A DNA stretch of 64,000 nt from an uncultured Methylococcaceae bacterium (GCA_903934035.1 CAIZMK010000056.1:3039-67038), one strand, 5' to 3'. Shown: positions 38,499 to 50,638, numbered from the stretch's first letter. The notes: generated by a model from the letters alone, not told the origin. Numbers and translations are program-made.

Positions 38499-39791
38499 TT
38501 ATTTAAGCTTATTATCTACTTTTACTTCAAAGCTATTAATTAATCCCAGCCCAGCTGCACGACCTAGAGCTAAACAAGCCGTTAATAAATACCCACCTGT
38601 TGGCGCCTCCCAATCCAACATTTCACCTGTACAAAACACACCCGGCCTATTTATCAACATTAGATTTTGATCTATCTCTGCAAATGAAACACCACCTGCT
38701 GTACTAATTGCCTCTGCTATTGGCCTTATTGCTGATAGCTTAATCGGCAATGACTTAATTAAAGCACATAGCAGCTCCGCATTACTAAAACATGATGGAT
38801 CAATACTTTCTCTAATTAAACCAGCTTTAACACCACTTATACCTAATTGCTTTCTCAGATGATTAGCAATTGATTGCTTTCCACGCAGACGTCCCATTTT
38901 AGCAATTGCTACCTCTTTGCTTATATTGGGTATTAAGTCTATATAAATCATCACAAACCCTTTTAATGCAATTTCATCACGAATTTGAGCTGATAAAGTA
39001 TAAATTACTCCTCCCTCTAAACCATATTCAGTCACTATCAACTCGCCTTTATGGCATGTATTTATTTCTGATATATTTTCAAGAGAAATGCTCACCGATT
39101 TTAGTGGCTTACCTGAATATTGAGTCCGAAAATATTCACTCCATATTACTTCAAAACCACAATTAGATGGTTGAAGAGGTGATATTTTTATCCCTTGATT
39201 TGCTAATATTGACACCCAACTGCCAGTTGAACCTAGTTGCGGCCAACTTGCTCCGCCTAATGCCAAAATCACATTATCCGCATTGACCTCACAGATCTTA
39301 CCTTCCACATCAAATAATAACTGCTGATCACTATCCTTATTCCATCCTAACCATCTATGTCGCACATGTAAATTAACACCCGATGATCTCAATCTATACA
39401 ACCACTTGCGCAATAGAGGTGCCGCCTTCATATCGAGTGGAAAAACTCGACCCGAAGAACCTACGAAAGTATCAATTCCCAATTCTTGTAACCATGCCCG
39501 CAAATCAACTGAAGAGAACTTTTCAAATACGGACGCCATAATATTTCCTTGACCCGTATATCTCGACAAAAAGGTATTATAAGGCTCGTCATTTGATATA
39601 TTCATACCCCCTTTACCAGCCATCAGAAATTTACGCCCTACGCTTGGCATCGCCTCGTATAGATCAACCTTAAAACCTGCTTCAATTAACATCTCTGCAG
39701 CCATCAGGCCAGATGGACCTCCACCAATTATGACAACAGATCTGACAGTGTATTTTTTAATTGATGTTGAATAATTTTTTTGGATATTCAT
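38499..39791 (-). CDS. HI0933/BaiN-family flavoprotein (TIGR03862-like)
   Basis: IIGGGPSGLMAAE, GRKFLMAGKGG, FVGSSGRVFP, LALGGASWP, AISTAGGV, GEMLDWEAPTGGYLLTAC. Confidence 0.9.
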   Translation of the reverse strand: MNIQKNYSTSIKKYTVRSVVIIGGGPSGLMAAEMLIEAGFKVDLYEAMPSVGRKFLMAGKGGMNISNDEPYNTFLSRYTGQGNIMASVFEKFSSVDLRAWLQELGIDTFVGSSGRVFPLDMKAAPLLRKWLYRLRSSGVNLHVRHRWLGWNKDSDQQLLFDVEGKICEVNADNVILALGGASWPQLGSTGSWVSILANQGIKISPLQPSNCGFEVIWSEYFRTQYSGKPLKSVSISLENISEINTCHKGELIVTEYGLEGGVIYTLSAQIRDEIALKGFVMIYIDLIPNISKEVAIAKMGRLRGKQSIANHLRKQLGISGVKAGLIRESIDPSCFSNAELLCALIKSLPIKLSAIRPIAEAISTAGGVSFAEIDQNLMLINRPGVFCTGEMLDWEAPTGGYLLTACLALGRAAGLGLINSFEVKVDNKLK

Positions 39792-39810
39792 CGCAACTTA
39801 GAGCCTTAAA

Positions 39811-42800
39811 CTAAACATCAAGCACTGAGGACCGAATATAAATATCTCGCTGAGGAAAAGGAATTTCTATTTTATGTTCTCGCAAGGCTATTTCAAGGCG
39901 TCTATAAATTTCATGAGTGACAGGCATTCTATTAATAACTTCCTTAACAAAAACCCGTATAGAGAAATTGAGTGAATTATCACCAAAACCAACCATTAAT
40001 ACACACGGCTCTGGATCTGCTAATACTAATGGCATAGATATAACAGTTTCTAACATAACTTTAAGAGCAAGATCGACATCAGAACCATAAGCAATACCCA
40101 CGGGTATCACTACTCGGGTAATGTCATCAGAGAGACTCCAGTTAACCAACTGGCTAGTAATAAAAGTTTTGTTAGGCACGACATGCTCTTTTTGATCGGC
40201 ATCGATCAGTGTAGTCGCTCGCATTTGTATGCGACTGACGATACCAGTAATATCACCTATGGTAACGGTATCGTTCACCCTTATAGGCCGCTCGAATAAC
40301 AGAATTATTCCTGATACTAAGTTAGCAAATATTTCTTGTAAACCAAAACCTAAGCCGACACTGAGTGCCGCAACCAACCATTGCACCTGAGCCCAACTGC
40401 CGCCTAACTCGTAAGCAACACTGATAAAGCCTATAGTAATTAATATATATTTCGCCAATTGATTAACCGCATAACGCCCACCTGCTTCTATAGCGATACG
40501 CCTGAATACTATCAACTCCATCAGACCTGGAAAATTACGCACTGAAACCACGGTAATAAATAAATATAGTCCTGCCAACATCAAATTAATTATGGTGATA
40601 GGCTCATAACTTTCTTGATTATCGATATTAACCTTATGCTGCCATAACTCGATATGCTCTAAAAAGGAAAAGGCTGGCAGAATATTCTTCCAGATCATCC
40701 AAAAACCAATGGTTAAAGTAAGCCCTATAAAAACATTCAGTAATCGTATGGTTTGAGCATTTATTTTCGGAATATCAAGTAACTGCTCATCAACTGGCAA
40801 TATGGGCTCATCGCTAGCAGCACTATGGTGCTTTTGCGATAACATAGCCGCTTTACGTTTATTCTGGGTATTCTTAAGCGCCAACTGCCGATTAATTAAA
40901 CTCAGCCACCTAAAGACTAGGGCATGAATAATAATGACCACAAAAACTAAACGTAAGCTGATAATGAATTTTTGTTCTAATTCCAAGGCGCTCAAATAAT
41001 AGCCTGCCGCAGCAAAACCAATAATTACTAACGGTAGTGCTATGATCGTTGGATACCAGACATAACGTAATTTTCTAAGTCTGCCCTCTGGATGATGAGT
41101 CATGACTGTCGATAAAATGCCACTACTAGGCTTTAGCAACACGCCAAAGAACACGGTAATGGCCAATAGCAAAAAAATTAACGCCAAGCGACCTATGCTG
41201 TCACTATGCACTGAAAACCGTGACGCTAGCGTACTGGTCATAATAAAAACAGCGGGGATCGCTATGAAACGCATCCAAGAAAATTGGCTACGGAGCAGAG
41301 TAACAGTGGGTTTTTGCCATTGAAAATGTCTACGAGCAATACCCTGCTCTGCAAATAAATGATAAAAAAACTGTAAAAAAATAATCGGAGAGGCACTACT
41401 CTGCAAGCCTTCACCGATAGCTTTACTAAAATCACTAACATGCAGGCTATCACTCAAAAACCAACCTAAATAATAACTAAGCATGGGGATGGGTAGCACG
41501 ATTATTAAAGTATAGGCTAGGGCTTGTAGAGTATAGCTAAAATTATCGGTAGATAGTTTGCCCACTTTAACCGCAATAGCCAGTAACTGTTTTTTAGCTT
41601 CTTTTTCATAAAGCATCAGCAATACTAAGCTAAAAACACCAAACGCTATTAAGAAGGGGCTCTGTTGCACCATTCTATGAGTATCTTTAATTAAAGACAT
41701 CCAGTTGACCGGTGACAATAACCACTGAGTCGAATGAAAAAGACTGGAAATATAGTGAATATTGATAGGGTCTGAGCTTTTAACCCATAATAAATTTTCA
41801 TCCAGATACACAGCAAACTTATTAGCGACAACTGACATTTGCTGCCTAGAAAAATCAAAATCACCTAGCGTACGCAAATAGGTACTGTAATCGACTGATA
41901 ATTTATTTAATAAATCATCCTGACTATTTAGCAAGACACGTAATTCCGCCTGTATCATCATGCGTTGCTCTGATGGCAATTGATGATCGACTTGAAGATC
42001 CATGATTTCTTTAAGCTTGGCATCAATATCTGACAACTGTTTCAGTTGGTCTTCAATTTTAAATTGCTCCAAACTGGTGACAGCCGTCTCCTCTTGAATA
42101 ATTTCTGATTGCAACTTAAATTGATCTTGACTGGTTATATTGCGGCGTTGTTCACGCAAAATCTTACCCAGCGCCGGACTCAAACCAGCCAAACTTATTT
42201 TCTTTTCTGCATTCTTGAAGTCACTATCTAAATCACTGGCTTGTTGATCTAACTTAGTTTTTTGCTCGGTATAGCTATCAATTTTTGTAGCAATGGTTTG
42301 CAAGTCACGACTATATTGAATGTTTTCTCGGGTGTAGGATTGAATAAGCGGGTGCTTTCCTGCTAATTCACTTTCAGCCTGACTTAACGCATTTTCCATG
42401 GTTTGTGCAGCTTGCTGACGGCGCTCTGTTAATAAACTTTCTATGATGGCAATAACCGGCGCTAGAGCATTTTTTTGCAATTCCAGCAACCTAAGCTCGG
42501 CTTTAAGTAAATCCACTCGAGACGGATTACTAATTGCCTCTATATCCAGCATCTTTAGCTCAGCGGTACGCGCTTCAATTAGAGTTTTTAAATTGGCTAG
42601 CCTAGCTTCAGTTTCTAAACTATTACTCGCTCTATCTGCTGGTTGGGTTAATTTTTTTTGTGAGTTTTCTATATCTTGTCTGGCATCAACGGTTTCTGTG
42701 CGGATCAGTTGTGGTCTAGATTGCTGCTGCAATAACTCGCTTTCTTGTTTATTTTGCTGCTCATCTAAGTTACTTATTTTGCCTTTTTCTATAATTAAGC

Positions 42801-43275
42801 GTTGTTCTAATTCTTCTGTAGGGATCCGATTAAAATCTTCAGGCTTTTGTTTTGCAATCTTAACGGTTATTTGATCGATTTCTTTAAGACGCTTCCTAGT
42901 ATGCTCAGGCGCTTGCTTGATTGCTAAATTAAATTCGTTGGCTCGAATTTTATAATCTTCGATATTGTTTAGGTTATCAAGAGCCGCTTGATAAATTGAT
43001 AATATCTTAGATTTTAGTGCCTCATCCAAACCTTGCCGAGTATTGATAGCTTCTATTTTTGCTTGCAGCCCCTCTTTATTAAGCTCCAGAGTAGCATTCA
43101 TACTGACAACATCTGGCTTTTTAGTTTTTGCCCATGTAATGGAACTAGCAAACATAAGCGATAAAAAACTCGCTAATAAAAAGGCGCTGAAATTAATGCG
43201 TACAAGAGAATGATCAATTGATTTCATGGGAACTCGATAGACTGGGGATACTTGATTAAACAGATATATAGACAT
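39811..43275 (-). CDS. Large MscS-family mechanosensitive channel (MscK/KefA-like)
   Basis: Long periplasmic coiled-coil region, multi-TM region, C-terminal GLGFGLQEIFANLVSGIILLFERP, VPNKTFIT, IEIPFPQRD. Confidence 0.93.
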   Translation of the reverse strand: MSIYLFNQVSPVYRVPMKSIDHSLVRINFSAFLLASFLSLMFASSITWAKTKKPDVVSMNATLELNKEGLQAKIEAINTRQGLDEALKSKILSIYQAALDNLNNIEDYKIRANEFNLAIKQAPEHTRKRLKEIDQITVKIAKQKPEDFNRIPTEELEQRLIIEKGKISNLDEQQNKQESELLQQQSRPQLIRTETVDARQDIENSQKKLTQPADRASNSLETEARLANLKTLIEARTAELKMLDIEAISNPSRVDLLKAELRLLELQKNALAPVIAIIESLLTERRQQAAQTMENALSQAESELAGKHPLIQSYTRENIQYSRDLQTIATKIDSYTEQKTKLDQQASDLDSDFKNAEKKISLAGLSPALGKILREQRRNITSQDQFKLQSEIIQEETAVTSLEQFKIEDQLKQLSDIDAKLKEIMDLQVDHQLPSEQRMMIQAELRVLLNSQDDLLNKLSVDYSTYLRTLGDFDFSRQQMSVVANKFAVYLDENLLWVKSSDPINIHYISSLFHSTQWLLSPVNWMSLIKDTHRMVQQSPFLIAFGVFSLVLLMLYEKEAKKQLLAIAVKVGKLSTDNFSYTLQALAYTLIIVLPIPMLSYYLGWFLSDSLHVSDFSKAIGEGLQSSASPIIFLQFFYHLFAEQGIARRHFQWQKPTVTLLRSQFSWMRFIAIPAVFIMTSTLASRFSVHSDSIGRLALIFLLLAITVFFGVLLKPSSGILSTVMTHHPEGRLRKLRYVWYPTIIALPLVIIGFAAAGYYLSALELEQKFIISLRLVFVVIIIHALVFRWLSLINRQLALKNTQNKRKAAMLSQKHHSAASDEPILPVDEQLLDIPKINAQTIRLLNVFIGLTLTIGFWMIWKNILPAFSFLEHIELWQHKVNIDNQESYEPITIINLMLAGLYLFITVVSVRNFPGLMELIVFRRIAIEAGGRYAVNQLAKYILITIGFISVAYELGGSWAQVQWLVAALSVGLGFGLQEIFANLVSGIILLFERPIRVNDTVTIGDITGIVSRIQMRATTLIDADQKEHVVPNKTFITSQLVNWSLSDDITRVVIPVGIAYGSDVDLALKVMLETVISMPLVLADPEPCVLMVGFGDNSLNFSIRVFVKEVINRMPVTHEIYRRLEIALREHKIEIPFPQRDIYIRSSVLDV

Positions 43276-43286
43276 GTAAGGTGGGT

Positions 43287-43498
43287 AAACAGCTTTATCG
43301 TTTGCCCAGTTTTATATTAACAAAAGCGGTAAGAAGCATTTGTAGGCCGGAATAAGACCATGCTAGCGCAGCGCGTGTTGGCGTTTCCGGCACAGATGCA
43401 CTGCCTATGCCGGAAACGCTTTGCTCGCTTCCGCTCGAAAAGCCTTATTCCGGCCTACAGTCGTTTTGGGATGAGCAAACAGCTTTATGGTTTGCCCA
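43287..43498. repeat. Composite REP cluster: REPIN flanked by two direct copies of another REP
   Basis: TGTAGGCCGGAATAAG...CTTATTCCGGCCTACA (43341-43459) between AAACAGCTTTAT(C/G)GTTTGCCCA copies at 43287-43308 and 43477-43498. Confidence 0.75.
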
Positions 43499-43554
43499 TC
43501 ATTACGGTGAGCAGTGAGGCCACCCCCAACCTACTTATCTAAAACGGCGAAAAC

Positions 43555-44787
43555 TTAAGAGGGCAATCTATCTATACGAGCCACTAACTCACTAGAAGCC
43601 AGCTCTAAACCATTTTTATAACAACGGCTAGCACCTTCCTGATCGCCCTGTGCAAACAATAAATCACCTAAAAATTGATAAGCTTGCACAGTGGGTTCTA
43701 CAGCAATACTTTTAGCCAGATAACTTTCGGCTTTAAAGCTATCCTCACACTTTATAGCCAATTTTCCCATAACAGCTAACAAAACAGCATTGTCCTGATG
43801 TACATAAGACCATTTTTCAGCGGTTTCTAGCTGAGTGACAACATTATTGGACTGCAGGCTACCAAACAAAACCAATAAAGTCTCATCCCAGCGGCTGGAT
43901 AGTATTTCTATCAATTCTTCTTCAATTTCATTGTCGGCACCCACATAAATCATAGCGGCAAAATAAATAGCCGCAATGCTAGGCATGTTTTTTATGAAGC
44001 TAGGTATTTCTGACCATAAGGTTTTAAGGTCTACAATATTAGCGTTTGTTGCTGCTTCTTTTAGTAACTGACTGTAAGTTTCTGTCTCCAACAACTTAAC
44101 TTCGGCTTCCATTAAAATTTGCTGGCTATGCAAGGATGGAATCAGCTTTCTAATACCGTGCCAATCTCCTACATGCTGATAAGTTTGATGTAAGAGCTTT
44201 AAAACATTTGCATGGTTTGGATCAATGCTATGTAGTCGAGTTAAAGTTTCTAAGGCTTGCTCAAATTGATTGCCTGATAAATTAAGCTCCGCTTGAGTGA
44301 GTCCAATAATAACATCGGAATCGGGCGCATGATCAGTCGCTTTCTTCAAATACTCATCTCTTTTATCGAAGGCTCCACGAGATTGAGCTGCTCTTGCTGC
44401 CGTTAAATAATGGATTAAAGGCGCGCCACTATGCGATGCATGTTTGATGAGGATATTTTCAGCTTTTTCCCAGTTACCTTCGACGGAATCAACTAAACCT
44501 GCGATCAAGGCTTCTTGAGAGCGATTAAAGCGAATATTTTTACCTCGGCTTTTCAAATGCCCAGGTAAACGAATCAACCAACCTATACATCTAAACAATT
44601 GGTAAAAAACAAAAAAGCCTAATAGCAAGCTAATTGAAAAAATCACTAACGAGGTCTCTAGCGACCAATGACCAATACCAATCATCACATAGCCTGGATT
44701 ACCAAAGCTCTGCAACCAATAATTTAGCAACAATGCAACGGCAATCGTTGCAAACAGAGAACCTAGAAGATTAAATAACTTTTTCAT
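43555..44787 (-). CDS. hemY: HemY-like (heme biosynthesis-associated TPR) protein; probable ATG 44787
   Basis: Two N-terminal TMs (GYVMIGIGHWSLETSL), GNWEKAE..L, LTAARAAQ; follows hemX. Confidence 0.88.
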   Translation of the reverse strand: MKKLFNLLGSLFATIAVALLLNYWLQSFGNPGYVMIGIGHWSLETSLVIFSISLLLGFFVFYQLFRCIGWLIRLPGHLKSRGKNIRFNRSQEALIAGLVDSVEGNWEKAENILIKHASHSGAPLIHYLTAARAAQSRGAFDKRDEYLKKATDHAPDSDVIIGLTQAELNLSGNQFEQALETLTRLHSIDPNHANVLKLLHQTYQHVGDWHGIRKLIPSLHSQQILMEAEVKLLETETYSQLLKEAATNANIVDLKTLWSEIPSFIKNMPSIAAIYFAAMIYVGADNEIEEELIEILSSRWDETLLVLFGSLQSNNVVTQLETAEKWSYVHQDNAVLLAVMGKLAIKCEDSFKAESYLAKSIAVEPTVQAYQFLGDLLFAQGDQEGASRCYKNGLELASSELVARIDRLPS

Positions 44788-44797
44788 CAACGCTCTC

Positions 44798-46003
44798 TTA
44801 TTTCGAAGGCTCAACAGCTTCAGTAGGAATCAAAGTTTCTACTGGCTTACTTGATTCTACTGCCATAGGTTTTTTAACCGTAACCATAGCGTCTAATGGC
44901 TGAATTGCTTTATCTGTTTCTACTCTTAAGGTCGCTATATCTTTAATCATTTTTAAAGATAAGCTGATATCGGGTAACTGGCTACTGATCTTGGTGATAT
45001 TTAGGCGCTCTAAGTCAGCCAAAAAACTATCGTCGGTGTTTTTAGTAAAGTTCTGTTCAGTCCATTTCTTGACATCAGCTAAACTTGATTGAAATAGCAC
45101 CTCATTACGCTGAACCAAGGAAATCTTGACCATTTCCAGCTTAACTCTTAATTGTTCACGAATAAACAACGCTTCTTCGGGCGTTAATATTTCCTTAACT
45201 TCATGTTCGCTATGTCTAATAACAACCGCATCTTGTAACTGACTGATTGCTGAATTAAGTAAACCTTGATTTTCCGTGGGTAACGGAAACTTTTTACTAT
45301 CAGCAGGTGATGCTAGGGTTTTACCGGTATAAGGCAAAAGCAAAGCTAATTTGTCAACCCGATCTTGCAGAGTTTGTATTGAGGCATAAATACCAACGAC
45401 ATCAGGTACGCTAATGCTTTTAAGTAGAGACAATTCCTTGGCAATTTCTTCACGTACTTTAAAAGTTGCTGCATCGCCACTTTCTCTGAGGCGTTGATCA
45501 GCCGCTTCTAAAGCTTCTCGAGAGGTATTAACATCACCTACTAAATGTAAGCGCTCATTGGCTACACTGAGCAAATACTCAGCATCGGCAATCAACCAAT
45601 CACCTCTAGTTTTACCTAATTGGCGTTGTAAACGAATAATAGACTCATTTAACTCTTTACGAGTAGTCTCTAACTTTTCATTATGAAGCTGAGAAAAATC
45701 CGCAAGCGTTTGGGTAAAATGATTATCTTTACCTGCTACGCTAGATTCTAAAGAGGCTAACTGAGATTGAATGGCAACTAGTTGAGATTGATAATCGGCA
45801 ATCTGTTTAGACATTTCGCCTTTAACTTCGCCACCTAGATCTTGTTGCTGATCGCGTAATTGCGAAAAGAAATAAAAACCGGCACCAGCAAGTCCGATAA
45901 TAATGAGCAGTATAATGACGCCAAACCATAAACCATTTGACGATTGGCGGGCTGATTTGATATCGCCCAGCTCTTGTTCTTTTTGTTCACTCAATTCGGC
46001 CAC
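44798..46003 (-). CDS. hemX: HemX-like protein; probable GTG 46003
   Basis: Single N-terminal TM, coiled coil, DWLIADAEYLLSVANERL, ALEAADQRL; AGGAGG RBS. Confidence 0.88.
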   Translation of the reverse strand: MAELSEQKEQELGDIKSARQSSNGLWFGVIILLIIIGLAGAGFYFFSQLRDQQQDLGGEVKGEMSKQIADYQSQLVAIQSQLASLESSVAGKDNHFTQTLADFSQLHNEKLETTRKELNESIIRLQRQLGKTRGDWLIADAEYLLSVANERLHLVGDVNTSREALEAADQRLRESGDAATFKVREEIAKELSLLKSISVPDVVGIYASIQTLQDRVDKLALLLPYTGKTLASPADSKKFPLPTENQGLLNSAISQLQDAVVIRHSEHEVKEILTPEEALFIREQLRVKLEMVKISLVQRNEVLFQSSLADVKKWTEQNFTKNTDDSFLADLERLNITKISSQLPDISLSLKMIKDIATLRVETDKAIQPLDAMVTVKKPMAVESSKPVETLIPTEAVEPSK

Positions 46004-46782
46004 GCTAATCCTCCTGTTACACACATTTTTACTGTCTCAAGAATTGCCACATCTGAAGGACTATTCGTCACTGCAATTCGTTTAAAGCCTATGTCGGCAG
46101 CTATGTGCCGAATTCTATCGCTAATTACAACTAGAGGTATCCAAAATAATTGCTGATGATATTGCTCATTCAACATAATTAATAAGTTTTGCAACGCATT
46201 AACACTGGTTACCGTTATAACATCCAATTTATTTTGAGTCAGTAGTAAATACAATGCTGAATTATCAAAACTGGGTATTATCCTTTGATAAACCTCAAGA
46301 TAATCAACAACTGCGCCTCTACTTCGTAATGTCGCCGCTAATTCTTCTCGACCACCTAAACCTCGAACAATTAAACATCGCTGCCCCTGCATGTTTTGCA
46401 TAGCAGGCATAGCCAACACTGCTTCACTGTTAAATCCTTGTTCAGGCAGCAAATCAACCGGCAATCCTGCCAATAACAAGGCCTCAGCAGTAGCTTTTCC
46501 TATTGCGGCAATGCGCACCGAATTGTTTTTTTTTATTTTATCATCAACTGAATAGTAACTGTGCATAGTTACTGCATTGACACTGATAAATATAAGCCAT
46601 TGATAAGTCATCCATTGCGCTAATCCAGCTTGTATGGCTTGTGTATTTTCTAAAGCGGCAATCGCTAGCGTAGGAAAACGAATAGCGACCCCGCCCTGCT
46701 TTTCAAGCAATTCGCATAAATTTTTAGCTTGATGAGCGGGGCGCGTGACTAAGACACGAACATCATTTAACGGCTTATTCAA
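45991..46782 (-). CDS. hemD: Uroporphyrinogen-III synthase; probable TTG 46782
   Basis: [41 protein letters not shown]. Confidence 0.93.
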   Translation of the reverse strand: MNKPLNDVRVLVTRPAHQAKNLCELLEKQGGVAIRFPTLAIAALENTQAIQAGLAQWMTYQWLIFISVNAVTMHSYYSVDDKIKKNNSVRIAAIGKATAEALLLAGLPVDLLPEQGFNSEAVLAMPAMQNMQGQRCLIVRGLGGREELAATLRSRGAVVDYLEVYQRIIPSFDNSALYLLLTQNKLDVITVTSVNALQNLLIMLNEQYHQQLFWIPLVVISDRIRHIAADIGFKRIAVTNSPSDVAILETVKMCVTGGLAWPN

Positions 46783-47704
46783 GCAATAACGCTTGCAGAA
46801 TTTTATCTGCACCTTGAGCTAATAAATCATCGGCTATCTTGCACCCCATAGTTTCTGCCTGATCAACTTCAGCCCAGCACTCAGCTCTATAAAGGACACT
46901 ACCATCAGGATCACCAACCAAGCCACGCATAAACAATTGTCCGTTAATATGCTGTGCAAAACCACCAATTGGCACTTGGCAGCCACCTTGTAAGCGTGCA
47001 TTCATGGCACGCTCAGCAGTTACACACAAACCCGTATCTGAATCATGTAGTCGTTGTAGCATATCATTCATTTCTACATCATCAATGCGACATTCTATGC
47101 CTATTGCACCCTGACCAATAGCAGGCAAACTATCACTGGGATCTAAAGACTGTGCGATACGCTCGCTCATACCTAATCTTTTTAATCCAGCGGATGCCAA
47201 AATAATGGCATCATATTCACCGGCATCCAGTTTAGCTAAACGCGTATTAACATTACCTCTTAAGGGCAAGATTTGTGCTTCTGGAAAGCGTTCTTTAAGC
47301 TGGCATTGTCTACGCAGACTAGACGTACCTATTTTGGCATTAGCAGGCAATTCCGCTAAGGCCGAATAATGATTCGAAACCAAAGCATCAGTAGGATCTT
47401 CTCTACTTAATATAGCCGCTAAATGCAAGCCCACCGGAAATTCAACCGGCACATCTTTCATTGAATGCACGGCTATATCTGCCGAACCTTCTAGCATACC
47501 TTGTTCTAACTCCTTAACAAACAGACCTTTACCGCCAATTTTAGCTAAAGGTGCGTCGAGGATTTTATCACCACGCGTAACCATTTTGATTAGCTCAGTC
47601 TTCACGCCTGGAAAAGCCTGCTCCAATAAAGCAGCAACATGCTCTGCCTGCCATAATGCCAAAGGACTCTGACGCGTAGCAATTCGAATAGTTTTTTCAG
47701 TCAA
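46775..47704 (-). CDS. hemC: Hydroxymethylbilane synthase; probable TTG 47704
   Basis: [56 protein letters not shown]. Confidence 0.97.
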   Translation of the reverse strand: MTEKTIRIATRQSPLALWQAEHVAALLEQAFPGVKTELIKMVTRGDKILDAPLAKIGGKGLFVKELEQGMLEGSADIAVHSMKDVPVEFPVGLHLAAILSREDPTDALVSNHYSALAELPANAKIGTSSLRRQCQLKERFPEAQILPLRGNVNTRLAKLDAGEYDAIILASAGLKRLGMSERIAQSLDPSDSLPAIGQGAIGIECRIDDVEMNDMLQRLHDSDTGLCVTAERAMNARLQGGCQVPIGGFAQHINGQLFMRGLVGDPDGSVLYRAECWAEVDQAETMGCKIADDLLAQGADKILQALLLE

Positions 47705-47866
47705 GATGGAGCCTACATTATTCAAAAATGAATATTGTAACCGCATTTAAGTTAACGGTATGTTAATGGGCAATAAAATTTTATGGTATCACTATAAAGA
47801 AGGATAAAAAGAGGGCGTTAGTTAGCGCTTTTATGGGCTAGGAATTTTAGGTGGGGCAGATTGAAC

Positions 47867-47931
47867 GCAGGCGAAAGACTAAGCCTAGGAGGCTAGCAAC
47901 TTATGGCGAGTAGGCTTAGTCTTTCGCCTGC
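47867..47931. repeat. Perfect 21-bp inverted repeat (REPIN-like; may act as uppP terminator)
   Basis: GCAGGCGAAAGACTAAGCCTA ... TAGGCTTAGTCTTTCGCCTGC. Confidence 0.7.
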
Positions 47932-47984
47932 ATCAAATGAACAATGAAGCTAAATCGTCCTACCTTTAGTTGGCAGTCGATTAA

Positions 47985-48812
47985 TTAAGCCAAACCCCAA
48001 TTGATCCAACCTAGTTGTGCAGAAACTAACACCATGATGCCGAATATAATTCGATACCAAGCAAATACCGTAAAATCATGTCGACTAATAAAGCGTATTA
48101 ACCCGCGTACAGCGATAAAAGCACTGATAAATGATATGGTGCCACCCACCACAAACAAAACCATATCATCCATACTAAACAACTCGCGATGCTTATAAAC
48201 ATCATATAAAGTTGCGGCAAACATGGTAGGTATTGCGAGGAAAAAAGAAAACTCAGTGGCGGCTCGACGAGATAAACCGAAAAATAAACCACCGATAATA
48301 GTCGCACCTGAACGAGAAGTACCCGGTATCATAGCCAAAGCTTGTGCGAAACCTATTTTTAAAGCGTCGCGCCAAGTCATATCATCTATGGATTCAGCAT
48401 GAACCTCATGCTGACGACGCTCAGCCCACAAGATCAGAAAACCACCGACAATAAAAGCCGAAGCAACCACTATAGGATTGAATAAATGGGCTTTTATTTG
48501 TTTTAAAAACAAAAAACCCAATATGGCCGCAGGCAAAAAAGCAATGATCAGATTTAAAGCCAAACGCATGGATTTTGTTTCTGTTCTTACACTAACCAGC
48601 GTATGAAATAATCGCGCCCGATACTCCCAAACTACAGCAAGTATCGCCGCAAATTGAATTGCAATTTCAAAAACTTTACCTTTATCATCATTAAAGTCTA
48701 GCAATTGACCCACTAGAATTAAATGACCCGTAGATGAAACCGGAAGAAATTCAGTCAGTCCTTCAACAATACCTAAAATAAGCGCATGTATTAATAGAGT
48801 AGGATCTGTCAT
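47985..48812 (-). CDS. uppP: Undecaprenyl-diphosphate phosphatase
   Basis: [41 protein letters not shown]. Confidence 0.96.
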   Translation of the reverse strand: MTDPTLLIHALILGIVEGLTEFLPVSSTGHLILVGQLLDFNDDKGKVFEIAIQFAAILAVVWEYRARLFHTLVSVRTETKSMRLALNLIIAFLPAAILGFLFLKQIKAHLFNPIVVASAFIVGGFLILWAERRQHEVHAESIDDMTWRDALKIGFAQALAMIPGTSRSGATIIGGLFFGLSRRAATEFSFFLAIPTMFAATLYDVYKHRELFSMDDMVLFVVGGTISFISAFIAVRGLIRFISRHDFTVFAWYRIIFGIMVLVSAQLGWINWGLA

Positions 48813-48870
48813 GGCAAAGTCTCTAGAGTACTATCTGAATGAAATTAAGCAGTCGTAATGCTTTATAAAA

Positions 48871-50127
48871 CTAGCGTTTCATAGAGTTAAAGAACTCAGC
48901 ATTAGTTTTGAAGTCTTTTAGCTTACCGATCAAAAATTCTGAAGCAGCTGTTTCGTCCATGGGCTGCAAGATCTTGCGCAAAATCCAGGTTTTTTGCAAA
49001 GTATCGGGATCAACCAAATACTCTTCTCTACGCGTACCTGAACGATTAATATTGATAGCAGGATAAATTCTTTTTTCAGCAATTTTACGATCCAGATGCA
49101 ATTCCATGTTGCCGGTACCTTTGAATTCTTCATAGATAACTTCATCCATTCTTGATCCAGTATCGACCAATGCCGTTGCGATAATGGTCAAACTACCGCC
49201 TTCTTCGATATTACGTGCCGCACCGAAAAAACGCTTAGGTTTTTCTAAAGCATTGGCATCAACACCACCCGTTAATATTTTTCCTGACGAAGGCACAACT
49301 GTATTATAAGCTCTGGCTAAACGAGTAATCGAGTCTAACAAAATGACCACATCGTGTTTATGCTCAACCAAACGCCGCGCTTTTTCAATAACCATTTCAG
49401 CCACTTGAACGTGGCGAGTGGCTGGCTCATCAAAGGTACTTGAAATCACTTCACCGCGAACGCAACGTTCCATTTCGGTAACTTCCTCAGGACGCTCATC
49501 GATTAGAAGCACAATCAAATAACATTCTGGATTTTGTTCTGCAATAGCTTGTGCCAAACTTTGCAGTATCATGGTTTTACCCGCTTTCGGAGGCGATACA
49601 ATCAAACCACGCTGACCTTTACCAATGGGTGCGATTAAATCAATAATTCTCCCTGTTAAATCTTCACTACTGCCATTGCCTTGCTCAAGTGTAAAACGTT
49701 GCTTAGCAAAAAGAGGCGTCAGATTAGAAAAGGTGATTTTATTTTTAGTATTCTCTGGAGATTCAAAATTGATCTGGTCAACTTTGAGCATGGCGAAATA
49801 ACGCTCATTATCTTTTGGGGGTCTAATCTTACCCGTGATCGTATCACCGGTTTTTAACGAAAAGCGTCTAATTTGACTGGGTGAGACATAAATATCGTCG
49901 GGACCTGCTAAATAAGAACAACCTGGTGTTCGTAAAAAGCCAAAACCATCTTGCAGAATTTCAAGAACACCATCACCGGAAATATCGTCGCCGGCCTTAG
50001 CCTGCTTCTTAAGAATAGCAAAGATCAAATCTTGCTTGCGTGATCGTGCAACATTTTCAAGCCCAAGGGACTCGGCAATTTCAATAACTTCACTAATTTG
50101 TTTAAGTTTTAACTCGGTAAGATTCAT
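48871..50127 (-). CDS. rho: Transcription termination factor Rho
   Basis: [46 protein letters not shown]. Confidence 0.99.
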   Translation of the reverse strand: MNLTELKLKQISEVIEIAESLGLENVARSRKQDLIFAILKKQAKAGDDISGDGVLEILQDGFGFLRTPGCSYLAGPDDIYVSPSQIRRFSLKTGDTITGKIRPPKDNERYFAMLKVDQINFESPENTKNKITFSNLTPLFAKQRFTLEQGNGSSEDLTGRIIDLIAPIGKGQRGLIVSPPKAGKTMILQSLAQAIAEQNPECYLIVLLIDERPEEVTEMERCVRGEVISSTFDEPATRHVQVAEMVIEKARRLVEHKHDVVILLDSITRLARAYNTVVPSSGKILTGGVDANALEKPKRFFGAARNIEEGGSLTIIATALVDTGSRMDEVIYEEFKGTGNMELHLDRKIAEKRIYPAININRSGTRREEYLVDPDTLQKTWILRKILQPMDETAASEFLIGKLKDFKTNAEFFNSMKR

Positions 50128-50311
50128 AAAAAGACAACTCGGAGAAAAGTAGTTCGGCTGTACACCGTAACAACCAGGATAGAATTTAGAATTCGGAGGG
50201 TAAGTATCAGACGATATGATTGATTGCGCGAGACTATCGCACGAGATAAGTATATATCAAGTATTCAGAACCGTCCACTTTTATGAGCGGTCTGAATAAT
50301 GATAAATATTT

Positions 50312-50638
50312 TTAAATATTACTATCAAGAAATTTGGCAAGCTCTACTTTAGTCAAAGCACCTACTTTAGTCGCTTCAACTTCACCATCTTTAAACAACA
50401 TCAACGTTGGAATACCACGTACGCCATAGTGTTGTGGGGTCTGTGGATTATCATCTATATTTATTTTGACTACTGTTAATTTACCGGCATATTCTTCTGC
50501 AATGGCATCCAATACGGGTGCAATCATTTTACAAGGACCACACCATTCTGCCCAATAGTCAACCAATACAGGCCCACTAGCTTTAATAACAGTTTCGTTA
50601 AATTCACTATCACTTACATGAAGAACTGAATCGCTCAC
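50312..50638 (-). CDS. trxA: Thioredoxin
   Basis: [18 protein letters not shown]; conserved rhlB-trxA-rho arrangement. Confidence 0.98.
   Translation of the reverse strand: MSDSVLHVSDSEFNETVIKASGPVLVDYWAEWCGPCKMIAPVLDAIAEEYAGKLTVVKINIDDNPQTPQHYGVRGIPTLMLFKDGEVEATKVGALTKVELAKFLDSNI

Noticed and set aside
37589-39791. RIO kinase and flavoprotein upstream of pmoC as pMMO accessory genes
   Set aside because: Both families are widespread outside methanotrophs, and pmoC has its own promoter; no sequence evidence of a functional link.
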